A DNA stretch of 64,000 nt from Thermodesulfobacteriota bacterium (GTDB lineage: Bacteria > Desulfobacterota_D > UBA1144 > Nemesobacterales > UBA2774). The stretch lies in the NCBI GenBank assembly GCA_965223335.1, contig OZ244991.1:1280001-1344000 (forward strand), given 5' to 3'. Made by a program: the position numbers and the translations under genes. This document shows positions 1 to 9,229 of the stretch, one piece after another. The notes under the pieces are model-generated. The model saw nothing but the letters and a program-made list of their open reading frames with translations. It did not search any database and was not told the origin of the DNA. How positions within the stretch are numbered: the first letter of the stretch is position 1; every line of letters starts with the position of its first letter.

Positions 1-615
1 ATGATCTCCATAATGCTGCTGCTAATACTGTCTTCATTCGTGGACCGGACCACATATGGGTTCATTGTATTAAATGTCATAAGCAGCATTGTGTTTATAT
101 TCGGTGTGTATGCTGTAGCCAAGTCTCGCAGGAGTTTGATTATTCTGCTTGTACTTGGTGTGCCCTGGTTGGTATCGGAATGGTTCTTCACCAGGTCGTC
201 AGAAACAATATTTGTGGGTGTTCTGTTTTTTCTCTATGTTACCGTCACAATACTCGATCATATACTAAAAACAGAAGAGGTTACTGCCGATACTCTGTAT
301 GGGGCAGTGTGCGTCTATCTGCTGCTCGGAATATTATGGGCAACGGTTTACTTGTTTATAGATTACCTTACCCCGGAGCCGCTGTTTATGGGCTCAGCAG
401 TCACAAGCGGTGAGTCTGTGTATGCAAAGGACCTGCTCTACTATAGCTATACTACACTTACAACACTGGGTTATGGAGATATAACATCCGTCTCCCCGGA
501 AGCACGGATAATATCGGTTCTGGAAGCGATTATAGGTCAGTTGTACATCGCATTTCTCGTTGCAAGGTTTGTTAGTATCTATACTGCAAATGCAATGCGT
601 AAGGGTGTAAGCTAA
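1..615 (+). CDS. Potassium/ion channel family protein (pore domain); may extend 5' beyond the window
   Basis: Several hydrophobic helices plus pore/selectivity motif YYSYTTLTTLGYGDI followed by a TM helix (EAIIGQLYIAFLVARFV). Confidence 0.85.
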   Translation: MISIMLLLILSSFVDRTTYGFIVLNVISSIVFIFGVYAVAKSRRSLIILLVLGVPWLVSEWFFTRSSETIFVGVLFFLYVTVTILDHILKTEEVTADTLYGAVCVYLLLGILWATVYLFIDYLTPEPLFMGSAVTSGESVYAKDLLYYSYTTLTTLGYGDITSVSPEARIISVLEAIIGQLYIAFLVARFVSIYTANAMRKGVS

Positions 616-618
616 GAG

Positions 619-1215
619 CTATTGTTGTATCAAGCCGTATCCGAAGAGCAGGTAGTTGAGTTTCACAATCCAGGCCGATATGATCACGAGCCAAAACACA
701 GGTAGAGGGAACTGTTTTACACCACAGGCGGCGAACATGAAGTCAAAGGGTATGGGGGAGGCCGTGCCCAAAAACAGTATTAGGCTAACTACATGCATCG
801 ACCGGCCCTCGGTCCATTTGTGGTTCTCTATGTTGGGGAAGTGTCTTTTTACGAATTGTGTTCTGCCGAAGTACCTGCCAAGCATATATGTTAATGTACC
901 GCCGGTTGCGGCACCCGTGGCCATGATAATGACGAGTCTTACCTTCTCGTACCCGAGCATTGTACCGAAGATCGCATAGACCCAAACAGGTAGTGCTATA
1001 GGAGTGCTGCTGATAGAGGTCATCAGATAAAGAAATATATCGAACCTCTCCTGCCCGTACTTATGGAACAGCATCTCACCCAAGCGGAGGGCATCCTGGC
1101 GGAAGTAAAGGGGGACGAATATACTCGCAGCAATCAATAATACGGTAAAGAGCACACCGTAGCTTAGCGAGTTTTTGATATATCCCAGACCGTTAACTGT
1201 TTTTTTGATGAGCAT
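619..1215 (-). CDS. DedA/VTT-domain membrane protein
   Basis: Hydrophobic 198 aa with DedA-like segments GAATGGTLTYMLGRYFG and SPIPFDFMFAACG. Confidence 0.7.
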   Translation of the reverse strand: MLIKKTVNGLGYIKNSLSYGVLFTVLLIAASIFVPLYFRQDALRLGEMLFHKYGQERFDIFLYLMTSISSTPIALPVWVYAIFGTMLGYEKVRLVIIMATGAATGGTLTYMLGRYFGRTQFVKRHFPNIENHKWTEGRSMHVVSLILFLGTASPIPFDFMFAACGVKQFPLPVFWLVIISAWIVKLNYLLFGYGLIQQ

Positions 1216-1354
1216 TTGATAGGCTTAAATAAACGCATAGCAATATATCATATTATGGAATTTTATTATACTCAGAGGTAATTGTAGGAATAGTTGAGAT
1301 GATATTATTTTTTTGAATTAAGCAGTGAAAATAGACTTGTTGTAATGGTTGTTA

Positions 1355-2500
1355 TTAAGATTGCAGCGTGTTACATGCAGACCTTATAATATCGACTGCA
1401 GTGTCTACCTCTTCTACGGTGTTTTCGACTGAGAAGCTAAACCTGATACTAGAGTAGGCCTGCTCGTCTGTAAGGCCCATGGCCTTTAGCACATAAGACG
1501 GGGCGACCTCGAAGTTGGTGCATGCCGAGCTTTGCGAGCACCTTACCCCTTTTTCATCGAGTATCTTTATAAGCAGTTTCCCGTCAATGCCCTCGAACCG
1601 TATATTGGTTGTGTTGCAAACCCTGTTCTTTGTATCGCCGTTTACTACGGTGCCGGGTATGAAATCGAGCACCATGGACTCAAAACGGTTTCTTAGTTCT
1701 CGCATCGATGCGATGAGCCGGGTTATATCTCTTTTGCGAATCTCTGCGGCTTTTCCCATACCCACGATCCCAGGGACGTTCTCTGTGCTAGGACGAAAGC
1801 CCTCTTCCTGGAACCCGCCGAACATCATGGGTGCAAGCTGGTACTTCTCCTTACACGCAATCGAGCCTATGCCCTGAGGGGAATGGAATTTGTGTCCCGT
1901 AACAGACATAAGGTCTATGGGGAGGGTGCTTATATCCATCTCGATTTTACCGACGGCCTGTGCGGCGTCGGTGTGAAACATAATATTGTTATCCTTGCAG
2001 ATTTGCCCAATGGTCTGGATCGGCTGGATCACACCGGTTTCGTTATTAACCCATTGTACGGACACGAGTACAGTGTCTTTGTTTATAGCGTCTTCTAATT
2101 CGTTTAGGTCCAGGTGGCCTTTGTGGTCTACGCCTATTATCGCGATATCTACACCGTTTAGATCTAGGTAGCTGCACATTTTTTGGATTGACGAGTGCTC
2201 GACCGAGGTTGTGATGACCCTGCAGTTGTTGTTCTTGGCCCTTGTGCACGAGTAAAATGCCATGTTGTTGGCTTCTGTGCCCGAGCTTGTAAACACTATG
2301 TTTCTCGGATTCCGGACACCGATCAGCTCTGCGAGTGAGCGGCGGGCCTCGCGTATAAAGCCACGAGCACGCTCGCCAGTGGAATGAGCGCTCGAGGGGT
2401 TTCCAAACTCGTCTCCGAGTACCCTAAGCATTGCCTCCCTAACCTCTGGAAGGGGCCTTGTGGTCGCATTGTTGTCGAAATATATCTCGGTGTGTTCCAT
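1355..2500 (-). CDS. Cysteine desulfurase (group I, IscS/NifS/DndA-like, PLP-dependent)
   Basis: IYFDNNATT, GNPSSAH, FTSSGTEANN, HTDAAQAVGK, PLP-lysine GHKF, catalytic-Cys loop CSQSSACT, IRFS. Confidence 0.92.
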   Translation of the reverse strand: MEHTEIYFDNNATTRPLPEVREAMLRVLGDEFGNPSSAHSTGERARGFIREARRSLAELIGVRNPRNIVFTSSGTEANNMAFYSCTRAKNNNCRVITTSVEHSSIQKMCSYLDLNGVDIAIIGVDHKGHLDLNELEDAINKDTVLVSVQWVNNETGVIQPIQTIGQICKDNNIMFHTDAAQAVGKIEMDISTLPIDLMSVTGHKFHSPQGIGSIACKEKYQLAPMMFGGFQEEGFRPSTENVPGIVGMGKAAEIRKRDITRLIASMRELRNRFESMVLDFIPGTVVNGDTKNRVCNTTNIRFEGIDGKLLIKILDEKGVRCSQSSACTNFEVAPSYVLKAMGLTDEQAYSSIRFSFSVENTVEEVDTAVDIIRSACNTLQS

Positions 2501-2560
2501 AACCCAAACCTGACTCCATTATAATACACGATTTGTAGTATATATATGTATTAGATGGGG

Positions 2561-2953
2561 CTAGTTAGTGGTGCTGTCGTACTCTTTTTGAGTCATGATT
2601 GTTATGCAGGGCCTGTCATCGTCCTGAGTTAGGGGGCCCAGGTACGATAGCAACTGAACCTCTTCGGGTTTATTATCCTTAGCGAACTGTACGGGGAAAA
2701 ATATTAAGTTCGATGTGCTTGTCTGGCGGTGCACCCTTATGAAATATTGCAGTCTGTCTATAATGGTTCTAACACGCTTTTTTTCATGTTCCTCATCATC
2801 CTGCTCTTGGGTGTCTGAGGCGACCCAGTTGGTCCATATCTCCTCTGTTAGGTATACGGGAATCAGCAGTCCTGCCTCTCTGGCAACATTCGTAACGTCT
2901 TTAAGCCTTGTTGTGACGACTCTGTCGTCTTTTTCGTTGTTTTCTTTGTTCAT
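2561..2953 (-). CDS. Hypothetical protein resembling the DUF6573 family
   Basis: DVTNVAREAGLLIPVYLTEEIW ... LGP...D..PCITIM pattern recalled for DUF6573; SD-like GGAG upstream. Confidence 0.6.
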   Translation of the reverse strand: MNKENNEKDDRVVTTRLKDVTNVAREAGLLIPVYLTEEIWTNWVASDTQEQDDEEHEKKRVRTIIDRLQYFIRVHRQTSTSNLIFFPVQFAKDNKPEEVQLLSYLGPLTQDDDRPCITIMTQKEYDSTTN

Positions 2954-2974
2954 GATATTCTCCCAATTAATTTT

Positions 2975-4450
2975 TTAGCTGTCAGGTACAAGCGCAATAA
3001 TCCTAAGCGGCCCACCGCTGCCTCCCTTTATTTTCATGGGCAGTGCGATAACCAGGGCCCCTTTTGCGGGCAGTAAATCAAGATTATTTACGTTTTCAAA
3101 GGCCGGGATGTTGGCTTCGAAAAGGATCTGGTGAGTCTCAAAGAGTACGGACTGGCCGTAGTCAATGCTCGGGGTGTCGAGCCCCACAGCCCCTATCTTT
3201 CTTTCACTCACCAACCACTCGGCAGCCTCGGGCGATAGCCCTGGGAAATGCAGGTCCCCGACCGCATCGGGGCCGCGTTTATCCGTGCCCATATATTTTA
3301 CTCTATCGGGCCAGTAGCGTGCAGAACCGGTATTTAGCAGTAAAATGGCACCGTCTGGGATCTGGCCGTGCACTGCTTCCCAGTCCATAAGGTCCTTTGC
3401 ACTGACCTCGTAATCGCGATTGGAGAGGGAAGTGTTAGATACATCGACCACAACCGCCGGCCCTAACATATTCTCAATCGGGATCTGGTCGACGCTCTGT
3501 TTACCCTCTGCAAAGTGTACGGGGGCGTCGATGTGTGTACCGCCGTGCTCGGCAGCAGAGAAGTTATATGCAGAGTAAAAATAACCCTTATCGGTTACAC
3601 CGTCGAAAACGGTCTGCTTTTTAAACTCCTCGGCTGTAGGCCAGTACACAGTGTCTTTGGAAAAATTGTGTGACATGTCTATCCACTTGCCAGAGGGGAA
3701 CTTTAACTTGCCGGTCTTAAATACTGCCGACTCATAGTCTTTTGTGGCTTGAAGGCTTATATCTATATTTCTGCTTATGTCCACACCTACCTCTGCCTCT
3801 TTGATATCACAGTCCAATACGTGCCCGCCCGTGGTCTTGTCTGTTGTAATGTAGTGAAAGTGGAACCCGGTGGTGTTTATATCCTTCATAAACCCAGGCA
3901 TCCAGTACCCGACCATAGTACCGGTGGTGTCGTTGAACTCGAACTTATGTTCCTCTTTTATTACATCGCCAAGCGACGGGTAGGGAGTCTGTTGTGCGGG
4001 CACACTGCGTGCGTGTACAAAGTTGAATATGCCTTTGACCATTATGGCATAGGGCAGGTTGGCTGAGGGTAGTTCGGATTGTACAAGTTTATAGAGCTGG
4101 TCGCAGCTTGTCGGTTTGTCTATTTTGAGAGTTTGGTCGGGATTAAAAAACGTTACGACTGCAAAGGGGGTTTTGGTGTTGTCCTCGACTATGTGCATTT
4201 TGCCGTCTGAGGTGACTTGATAGAAAATGCCGTCTAGTCCTACGAGTTCCCCGTCGAGTTTGTTCAGCGTGCCTAGTCCGAAATCCCCATGAGTTTTTAG
4301 TTCGCCAAACGTCATATTGCCGTCATATAAACCGTGTTTAAGTGCTGTGATTGTAGAGGTCTGGAATATCGAGTCTTTGTCTGCTGCACCTGCTTCCAGA
4401 ACACTAAGCGTCAAATAAAATCCAAACATGACAATAAAAATTAATCTCAT
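2975..4450 (-). CDS. Secreted fusion protein: alpha-acetolactate decarboxylase domain + cyclase/KynB-like metal hydrolase domain
   Basis: Signal peptide; ALDC motifs HGDFGLGT..LDGE, ARSVP, GFHFHYITTDKTTGGH; cyclase motifs WIDMSH, EHGGTHIDAPVHF, GLDTPSID, FEN, LPMKIKGGSGGPLRIIA; SD GGGGAG upstream. Confidence 0.85.
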   Translation of the reverse strand: MRLIFIVMFGFYLTLSVLEAGAADKDSIFQTSTITALKHGLYDGNMTFGELKTHGDFGLGTLNKLDGELVGLDGIFYQVTSDGKMHIVEDNTKTPFAVVTFFNPDQTLKIDKPTSCDQLYKLVQSELPSANLPYAIMVKGIFNFVHARSVPAQQTPYPSLGDVIKEEHKFEFNDTTGTMVGYWMPGFMKDINTTGFHFHYITTDKTTGGHVLDCDIKEAEVGVDISRNIDISLQATKDYESAVFKTGKLKFPSGKWIDMSHNFSKDTVYWPTAEEFKKQTVFDGVTDKGYFYSAYNFSAAEHGGTHIDAPVHFAEGKQSVDQIPIENMLGPAVVVDVSNTSLSNRDYEVSAKDLMDWEAVHGQIPDGAILLLNTGSARYWPDRVKYMGTDKRGPDAVGDLHFPGLSPEAAEWLVSERKIGAVGLDTPSIDYGQSVLFETHQILFEANIPAFENVNNLDLLPAKGALVIALPMKIKGGSGGPLRIIALVPDS

Positions 4451-4468
4451 GGTTTCTGCTCCCCCTGA

Positions 4469-5008
4469 CTAGTTGTCCCCGGTCTCGTGTGTTATTCTTA
4501 CGTACTCTTTATCTGTAACTATATCCGAGTTGTCATCTATGCGGTCCAAAAACACAATCCCCTCGATATGATCGAATTCGTGTTGGAAGATGCGTGCTAT
4601 AAACCCCTCGAATTCGTCTTCTATGGACTCACCATCCAGGGTCTCGTACTTTGCTCTGATCGAAGTGAATCTGGGCACGAGTGCTCGGATACCCGGGATA
4701 CTTAAACAGCCCTCCCAGTCTTTTACCAATTCTTCTGAGTACGAGATGATTTCGGGGTTAATAATGGCTGTGGGTTCCATCTCGGGTGCGTTTGGATAGC
4801 GCTCATTAGGATTGGATGAGATGATGAATACTCTCTTGGACTGATAGACCTGAGGTGCTGCAATTCCCACACCGTTATTGTGCTCAGCGGTTACAATCAT
4901 GTCCTGTATGAGCTCGGCTAATTCCGGGTCACCTGTGTCGTGTACCTGCTTTGCTTTATCGCGTAACACAGGGTGGCCGAGCTCGGCTATTTCTAGAATC
5001 TTCGGCAT
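4469..5008 (-). CDS. def: Peptide deformylase
   Basis: Motifs GVGIAAPQ, EGCLS, QHEFDH; start moved to ATG 5008 (MPKILEIAELGHPVLR). Confidence 0.95.
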   Translation of the reverse strand: MPKILEIAELGHPVLRDKAKQVHDTGDPELAELIQDMIVTAEHNNGVGIAAPQVYQSKRVFIISSNPNERYPNAPEMEPTAIINPEIISYSEELVKDWEGCLSIPGIRALVPRFTSIRAKYETLDGESIEDEFEGFIARIFQHEFDHIEGIVFLDRIDDNSDIVTDKEYVRITHETGDN

Positions 5009-5108
5009 AGTTATAGTCGATCTGATGCGTTGCAACTGACGTTGCTAAAATGCATAGATGAATAGATGGAGTTATTATAATCTAATATCAGATTAACCAG
5101 AAGTAATT

Positions 5109-6626
5109 ATGAACATAGATAACCCGTGTTCGGGCATAGAGATAGTTGATAGGGGTTTTGATGTAAGAAATCGCATAGCGCTTGTGGATGGGGCGGGAGA
5201 ATATAGCTATGCCGAGCTCCTGGATTCATCCTTAAAAATTGCGTGTGCCTTACTCGATCAAGAGCAAGACTTAAACGGCAGCAGGGTCGCGTTTATAGTG
5301 CCCCCGAGCTTTCAATATGCCGCGGTGCTCTGGGGTATATGGCGCGCAGGAGGGGTTGCGGTGCCCCTTTGCGTTACACACCCGGACCCTGAGCTCGACT
5401 ATGTAATAAGGGACTCAGATGCAGACTGCGTGATTGCAAGCGGGGAGTATTATGCGCGCATAAAGAGCATCGTAAAAGGCCGCCGTGTGCTTGAGTCCGA
5501 TCATCTCGATAAGCCCGTTGCTATAGCAACCGAGCTTCCCCAAATAAACCAATGCCGAAGCGCCCTCATCATATACACCAGCGGGACTACGGCACAGCCC
5601 AAGGGAGTTGTATCCACCCACCAGATAATAAAGGCACAGGTGCTTGCACTTGTGGAGGCCTGGGGTTGGGCCGAGCACGATTATATACTCAACACTCTTC
5701 CTCTACATCACCTGCACGGGATCGTAAACGCCTTCCTATGTGCAATGTGGTCGGGTGCCAAGTGTGAGTTTCTTCCAAGGTTCGATGCCCAGGAGGTATG
5801 GTCCAGGTTTGTTGACTGCAACTACACGCTGTATATGGCTGTGCCCACAATCTACTCGAAATTAATTGAGGTTTGGGAGGGGGCATCACCAGACAACCAA
5901 GAGTTAATGAGTAAGGCGTGCGGGCGTATGCGAGTGATGATCTCGGGGTCGGCTGCACTGCCCGTAAGCACTTTAGAGCGATGGGAAGAGATTAGTGGGC
6001 AGGTGTTGTTGGAGCGATACGGGATGACTGAAATCGGGATAGTCCTCTCTAACCCTTTAGTGGGTAAAAGGGTGGCGGGCCATGTGGGTAAGCCGCTAAG
6101 AGGCGTGCTGGTAAAAATTGTGGACGATAAATATGCAGAGGTCAGCGGTACTGAGCCCGGTGAGCTATTGGTAAAAAGTCCCACAGTGTTCCTTAAGTAC
6201 TGGCAGAAGCCCGATGCGTCAAGTGATGCGTTTACAGAGGACGGATGGTTTAAGACCGGGGACATTGCTGCAGAAAATGAGGATGGGGATTACAAGATAC
6301 TTGGCAGAAGCTCGGTAGATATCATTAAAACAGGTGGTTATAAAGTCTCGGCGCTTGAGATCGAGGATGTTTTACGACACCACCCGGCAATTAGCGAGTG
6401 TGCTGTGGTTGGTATTCCCGACGACACATGGGGCGAGGTTGTTTGCGCGGCATTGTTTTTGAATCCCGACCGAACTGTTTCACCAAAGGCCCTTGGGGAC
6501 TGGTGCAAGGAGAGAATTGCATCGTACAAAATCCCAAGATTCATAAGGGTTGTGGAGAGCCTGCCCAAAAACGCCATGGGTAAGGTTACGAAACCAAGTC
6601 TCAAAAAGTTGTTCGATAACGAATAA
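5109..6626 (+). CDS. Acyl-CoA synthetase, malonyl-CoA synthetase (MatB/ACSF3)-like
   Basis: P-loop IYTSGTTAQPKG, LPLHHLHG, ERYGMTE (MatB/ACSF3 signature), WFKTGD, PKNAMGK. Confidence 0.88.
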   Translation: MNIDNPCSGIEIVDRGFDVRNRIALVDGAGEYSYAELLDSSLKIACALLDQEQDLNGSRVAFIVPPSFQYAAVLWGIWRAGGVAVPLCVTHPDPELDYVIRDSDADCVIASGEYYARIKSIVKGRRVLESDHLDKPVAIATELPQINQCRSALIIYTSGTTAQPKGVVSTHQIIKAQVLALVEAWGWAEHDYILNTLPLHHLHGIVNAFLCAMWSGAKCEFLPRFDAQEVWSRFVDCNYTLYMAVPTIYSKLIEVWEGASPDNQELMSKACGRMRVMISGSAALPVSTLERWEEISGQVLLERYGMTEIGIVLSNPLVGKRVAGHVGKPLRGVLVKIVDDKYAEVSGTEPGELLVKSPTVFLKYWQKPDASSDAFTEDGWFKTGDIAAENEDGDYKILGRSSVDIIKTGGYKVSALEIEDVLRHHPAISECAVVGIPDDTWGEVVCAALFLNPDRTVSPKALGDWCKERIASYKIPRFIRVVESLPKNAMGKVTKPSLKKLFDNE

Positions 6627-6715
6627 TTGTGTCAATACAGGACTATACGCAGCATCCGGACCTGGGGCTGCGACGCTCAGTTGAAATTGGATTCGGGATA
6701 ATGCAGTCTATTAAT

Positions 6716-7462
6716 ATGAAAATATTTCTATATATTTTCTCTCTGGCTATTTTTTTCACGTTATCTGCAGATTCATACGCACAGCTTAAAGCTCGCAGTT
6801 CTAGCCACTCGGGGCATAGTGCAAGCTATGGGAAGCATCATAGGACTAATAGCCACGGCAAAAGACATAGTGGAAGCCATCACCACAAACACGCAACTAA
6901 GCACAAATCCCACGGCAAACACCTCAACCCTCATCAAAAATTCCATAATAAATACTACCGTCCGCACCCCGACTCCCTGCCATTTACCGAGAGTAATAGT
7001 CTGGGAATGAAAGGCTATGGGATCACAAAACACAGAACAAAAAAGCACAACCATAAAAGACACCGCCATAAAAAGCACCACAACCCCCATTACTACGATT
7101 ACCAGTACGACCCCTATTACCCTGGTTACACTTACTACCCGAGTGACTATGGTGTTTACGGCTCGACCGTAATCATAGACGGCTATGACTCCGAGTATTA
7201 CGGCTATTACGGCAGGCCTAGCAACCTAGAGGTAAACGGTTATATAAAACCGGATTACGACCAAGAGCTCTACCTGGAACCCACTGAGGAATACTACTAC
7301 GAAGAGCCCATTTATGAGGAGGCTGTAGAGCCCGTGCAGGATGAGTCGTTATCGGATGTAATATACGTATGGACTGACGATGAGGGTGTGGAGCACTATA
7401 CAAATGACCCCGACCTTATACCGGAATACTACTCGGATACAGTACGAGTAGTAGGCCCTTAA
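6716..7462 (+). CDS. Secreted low-complexity His/Lys-, Tyr- and Glu-rich protein with C-terminal DUF4124-like motif
   Basis: Signal peptide MKIFLYIFSLAIFFTLSADSYA from ATG 6716; C-terminal IYVWTDDEGVEHYTNDPDLIP. Confidence 0.7.
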   Translation: MKIFLYIFSLAIFFTLSADSYAQLKARSSSHSGHSASYGKHHRTNSHGKRHSGSHHHKHATKHKSHGKHLNPHQKFHNKYYRPHPDSLPFTESNSLGMKGYGITKHRTKKHNHKRHRHKKHHNPHYYDYQYDPYYPGYTYYPSDYGVYGSTVIIDGYDSEYYGYYGRPSNLEVNGYIKPDYDQELYLEPTEEYYYEEPIYEEAVEPVQDESLSDVIYVWTDDEGVEHYTNDPDLIPEYYSDTVRVVGP

Positions 7463-7643
7463 CTGAGGTGTTTCGCATTCAATACACGCAATTTTTTATC
7501 TAAAATAAGACTTACAACGCACAGAAAAATTCCACTTTAGATTAAAATAAAGCTTTGAGTTGAGTATGTTAGTAAACCCTTAAAATTATTACACGAGATT
7601 TTGTTGACAAGCCTAAGTTCTATTGTTAAACAATTAGGGTAGA

Positions 7644-8726
7644 ATGAGTCATACCGCTCTATTCTCAACACACAAAGAAGCCGGGGCTAAGATAATAAAT
7701 TTTGCAGGATGGGATATGCCGGTAGTATACGATTCTGTTAGAAAGGAGCATATTGCAGTAAGAACTAAGGCCGGTCTATTTGATGTAAGCCACATGGGAG
7801 AGGTTGAGATCGTGGGGCCCGGGGCTGCGGATTTCTGCCAGTGGATTACTACAAACAATATTGCCAGGATGCACGACCAACAGGCACAGTACACACTGAT
7901 CTGTAATAACCACGGCGGGGTGGTGGATGATGTCATAGTCTATAGGCTCTCGGACGAGCGTTTCTTAATATGTGTGAATGCCGCAAACACCGCTAAGGAC
8001 CTAGAGTGGATTCGTGGGGCAAAGGGTGGTTTCGATGTGGAGATAGTCGACAGGAGCCCGGAATACTCACAGCTCGCAATTCAGGGCCCAAACGCTATAG
8101 CAATAGTGGAAAGCACGCTCGATACCAGGCTAAACGATCTAAAGAGGTTCTATACGCTGAGTATGACCTGGGAGGGGATGGGGCTTATAATTGCCAGGAC
8201 AGGCTATACAGGGGAGGACGGCGTGGAGATATTCCTGCCCTGGGACCGAGCCCCCAAGCTATGGGAAGCGCTTATAGACAAGGGTGGGGCTTACGGTATC
8301 CAGCCTTGCGGCTTGGGTGCCAGAGACACACTTAGGATAGAGATGGGCTACCCGCTATACGGTCACGAGATTAGCGAACAGATTAACCCTTTTGAAGCAT
8401 CTTTGGGAAGGTACGTAAAAATGGATAAGGGGGAATTCTTGGGTAGCGAGGCGCTTTCACGTGTGGAACAAAACGGGGTCGAGAGAACACTGGTGGGATT
8501 CAAAATGGTCGATAAGGGGATTGCAAGAGAGGGCTATGAAATATATAGAGATAAAAACCTCGTGGGTAATGTGACAAGCGGTACGTTGTCGCCTAGCCTA
8601 AACGAGTCGATCGGCATGGGATTTATAAAGGATGAAACAAAAGAGAGTGAAAGCATAAGTATAATGATAAGGGGTACTGCCAGGGAAGCGAAGCTGGTAA
8701 CTATGCCATTTTATTATAAAAATTAA
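7644..8726 (+). CDS. gcvT: Glycine cleavage system aminomethyltransferase T
   Basis: FAGWDMPV, GLFDVSHMGE, ARTGYTGEDG, GLGARDTLRIEMG. Confidence 0.97.
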   Translation: MSHTALFSTHKEAGAKIINFAGWDMPVVYDSVRKEHIAVRTKAGLFDVSHMGEVEIVGPGAADFCQWITTNNIARMHDQQAQYTLICNNHGGVVDDVIVYRLSDERFLICVNAANTAKDLEWIRGAKGGFDVEIVDRSPEYSQLAIQGPNAIAIVESTLDTRLNDLKRFYTLSMTWEGMGLIIARTGYTGEDGVEIFLPWDRAPKLWEALIDKGGAYGIQPCGLGARDTLRIEMGYPLYGHEISEQINPFEASLGRYVKMDKGEFLGSEALSRVEQNGVERTLVGFKMVDKGIAREGYEIYRDKNLVGNVTSGTLSPSLNESIGMGFIKDETKESESISIMIRGTAREAKLVTMPFYYKN

Positions 8727-8736
8727 GGAGAATGTC

Positions 8737-9132
8737 ATGGTTCAAATTCAAGACGAACTGTTATATACCACAGACCACGAATGGGCAAAGGAAGAAGGGG
8801 AACTACTGGTGATCGGGATTACCGACTACGCGCAGGATGCTCTTGGCGAGATCGTGTACATAGAGCTGCCCAGTGAGGGAGATGAGATTACCAAAGGGGA
8901 CGCTTTTGGCGCAGTCGAGTCTACCAAAGCAGTGTCGGATCTCTACGCTCCATTAAGCGGTGAGGTTATGGAGGTAAACGAATCGCTGTTAGACTCGCCC
9001 GAACTAATAAATGAAGACCCGTATATAGACGGTTGGATGATAAAGGTCAAGCCCTATGAGCCGGACGATGTTAAAGAGCTTATGAATAACGAAGAGTATA
9101 CGGATTTTATAGAGAACGAGATGCAGGAATAA
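8737..9132 (+). CDS. gcvH: Glycine cleavage system H protein
   Basis: HEW, GITDYAQDALG, lipoyl site VESTKAVSD, NEDPY..GW; SD AAGGAG. Confidence 0.97.
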   Translation: MVQIQDELLYTTDHEWAKEEGELLVIGITDYAQDALGEIVYIELPSEGDEITKGDAFGAVESTKAVSDLYAPLSGEVMEVNESLLDSPELINEDPYIDGWMIKVKPYEPDDVKELMNNEEYTDFIENEMQE

Positions 9133-9229
9133 ATCTTTAAAAACTATGTTCTGTGTCATTTAGTTACGGCAATTAAACAAATGAGTTTTAGAATTGAGTA
9201 TTAGCAGTGTGTTGGCCAAGTACTAACCC

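Noticed and set aside
1355..2953. Complete DNA phosphorothioation (dnd/ssp) system
   Set aside because: Only a desulfurase is present; there is no PAPS-reductase-like DndC/SspD, ATPase DndD/SspC or DndE in the window.
7463..7643. Glycine riboswitch upstream of gcvT
   Set aside because: The region is AT-rich and lacks the GGAGA...CCGAAG...CTCTCAGG aptamer motifs; a TTGACA at 7604 suggests a promoter too close to the ATG to leave room.
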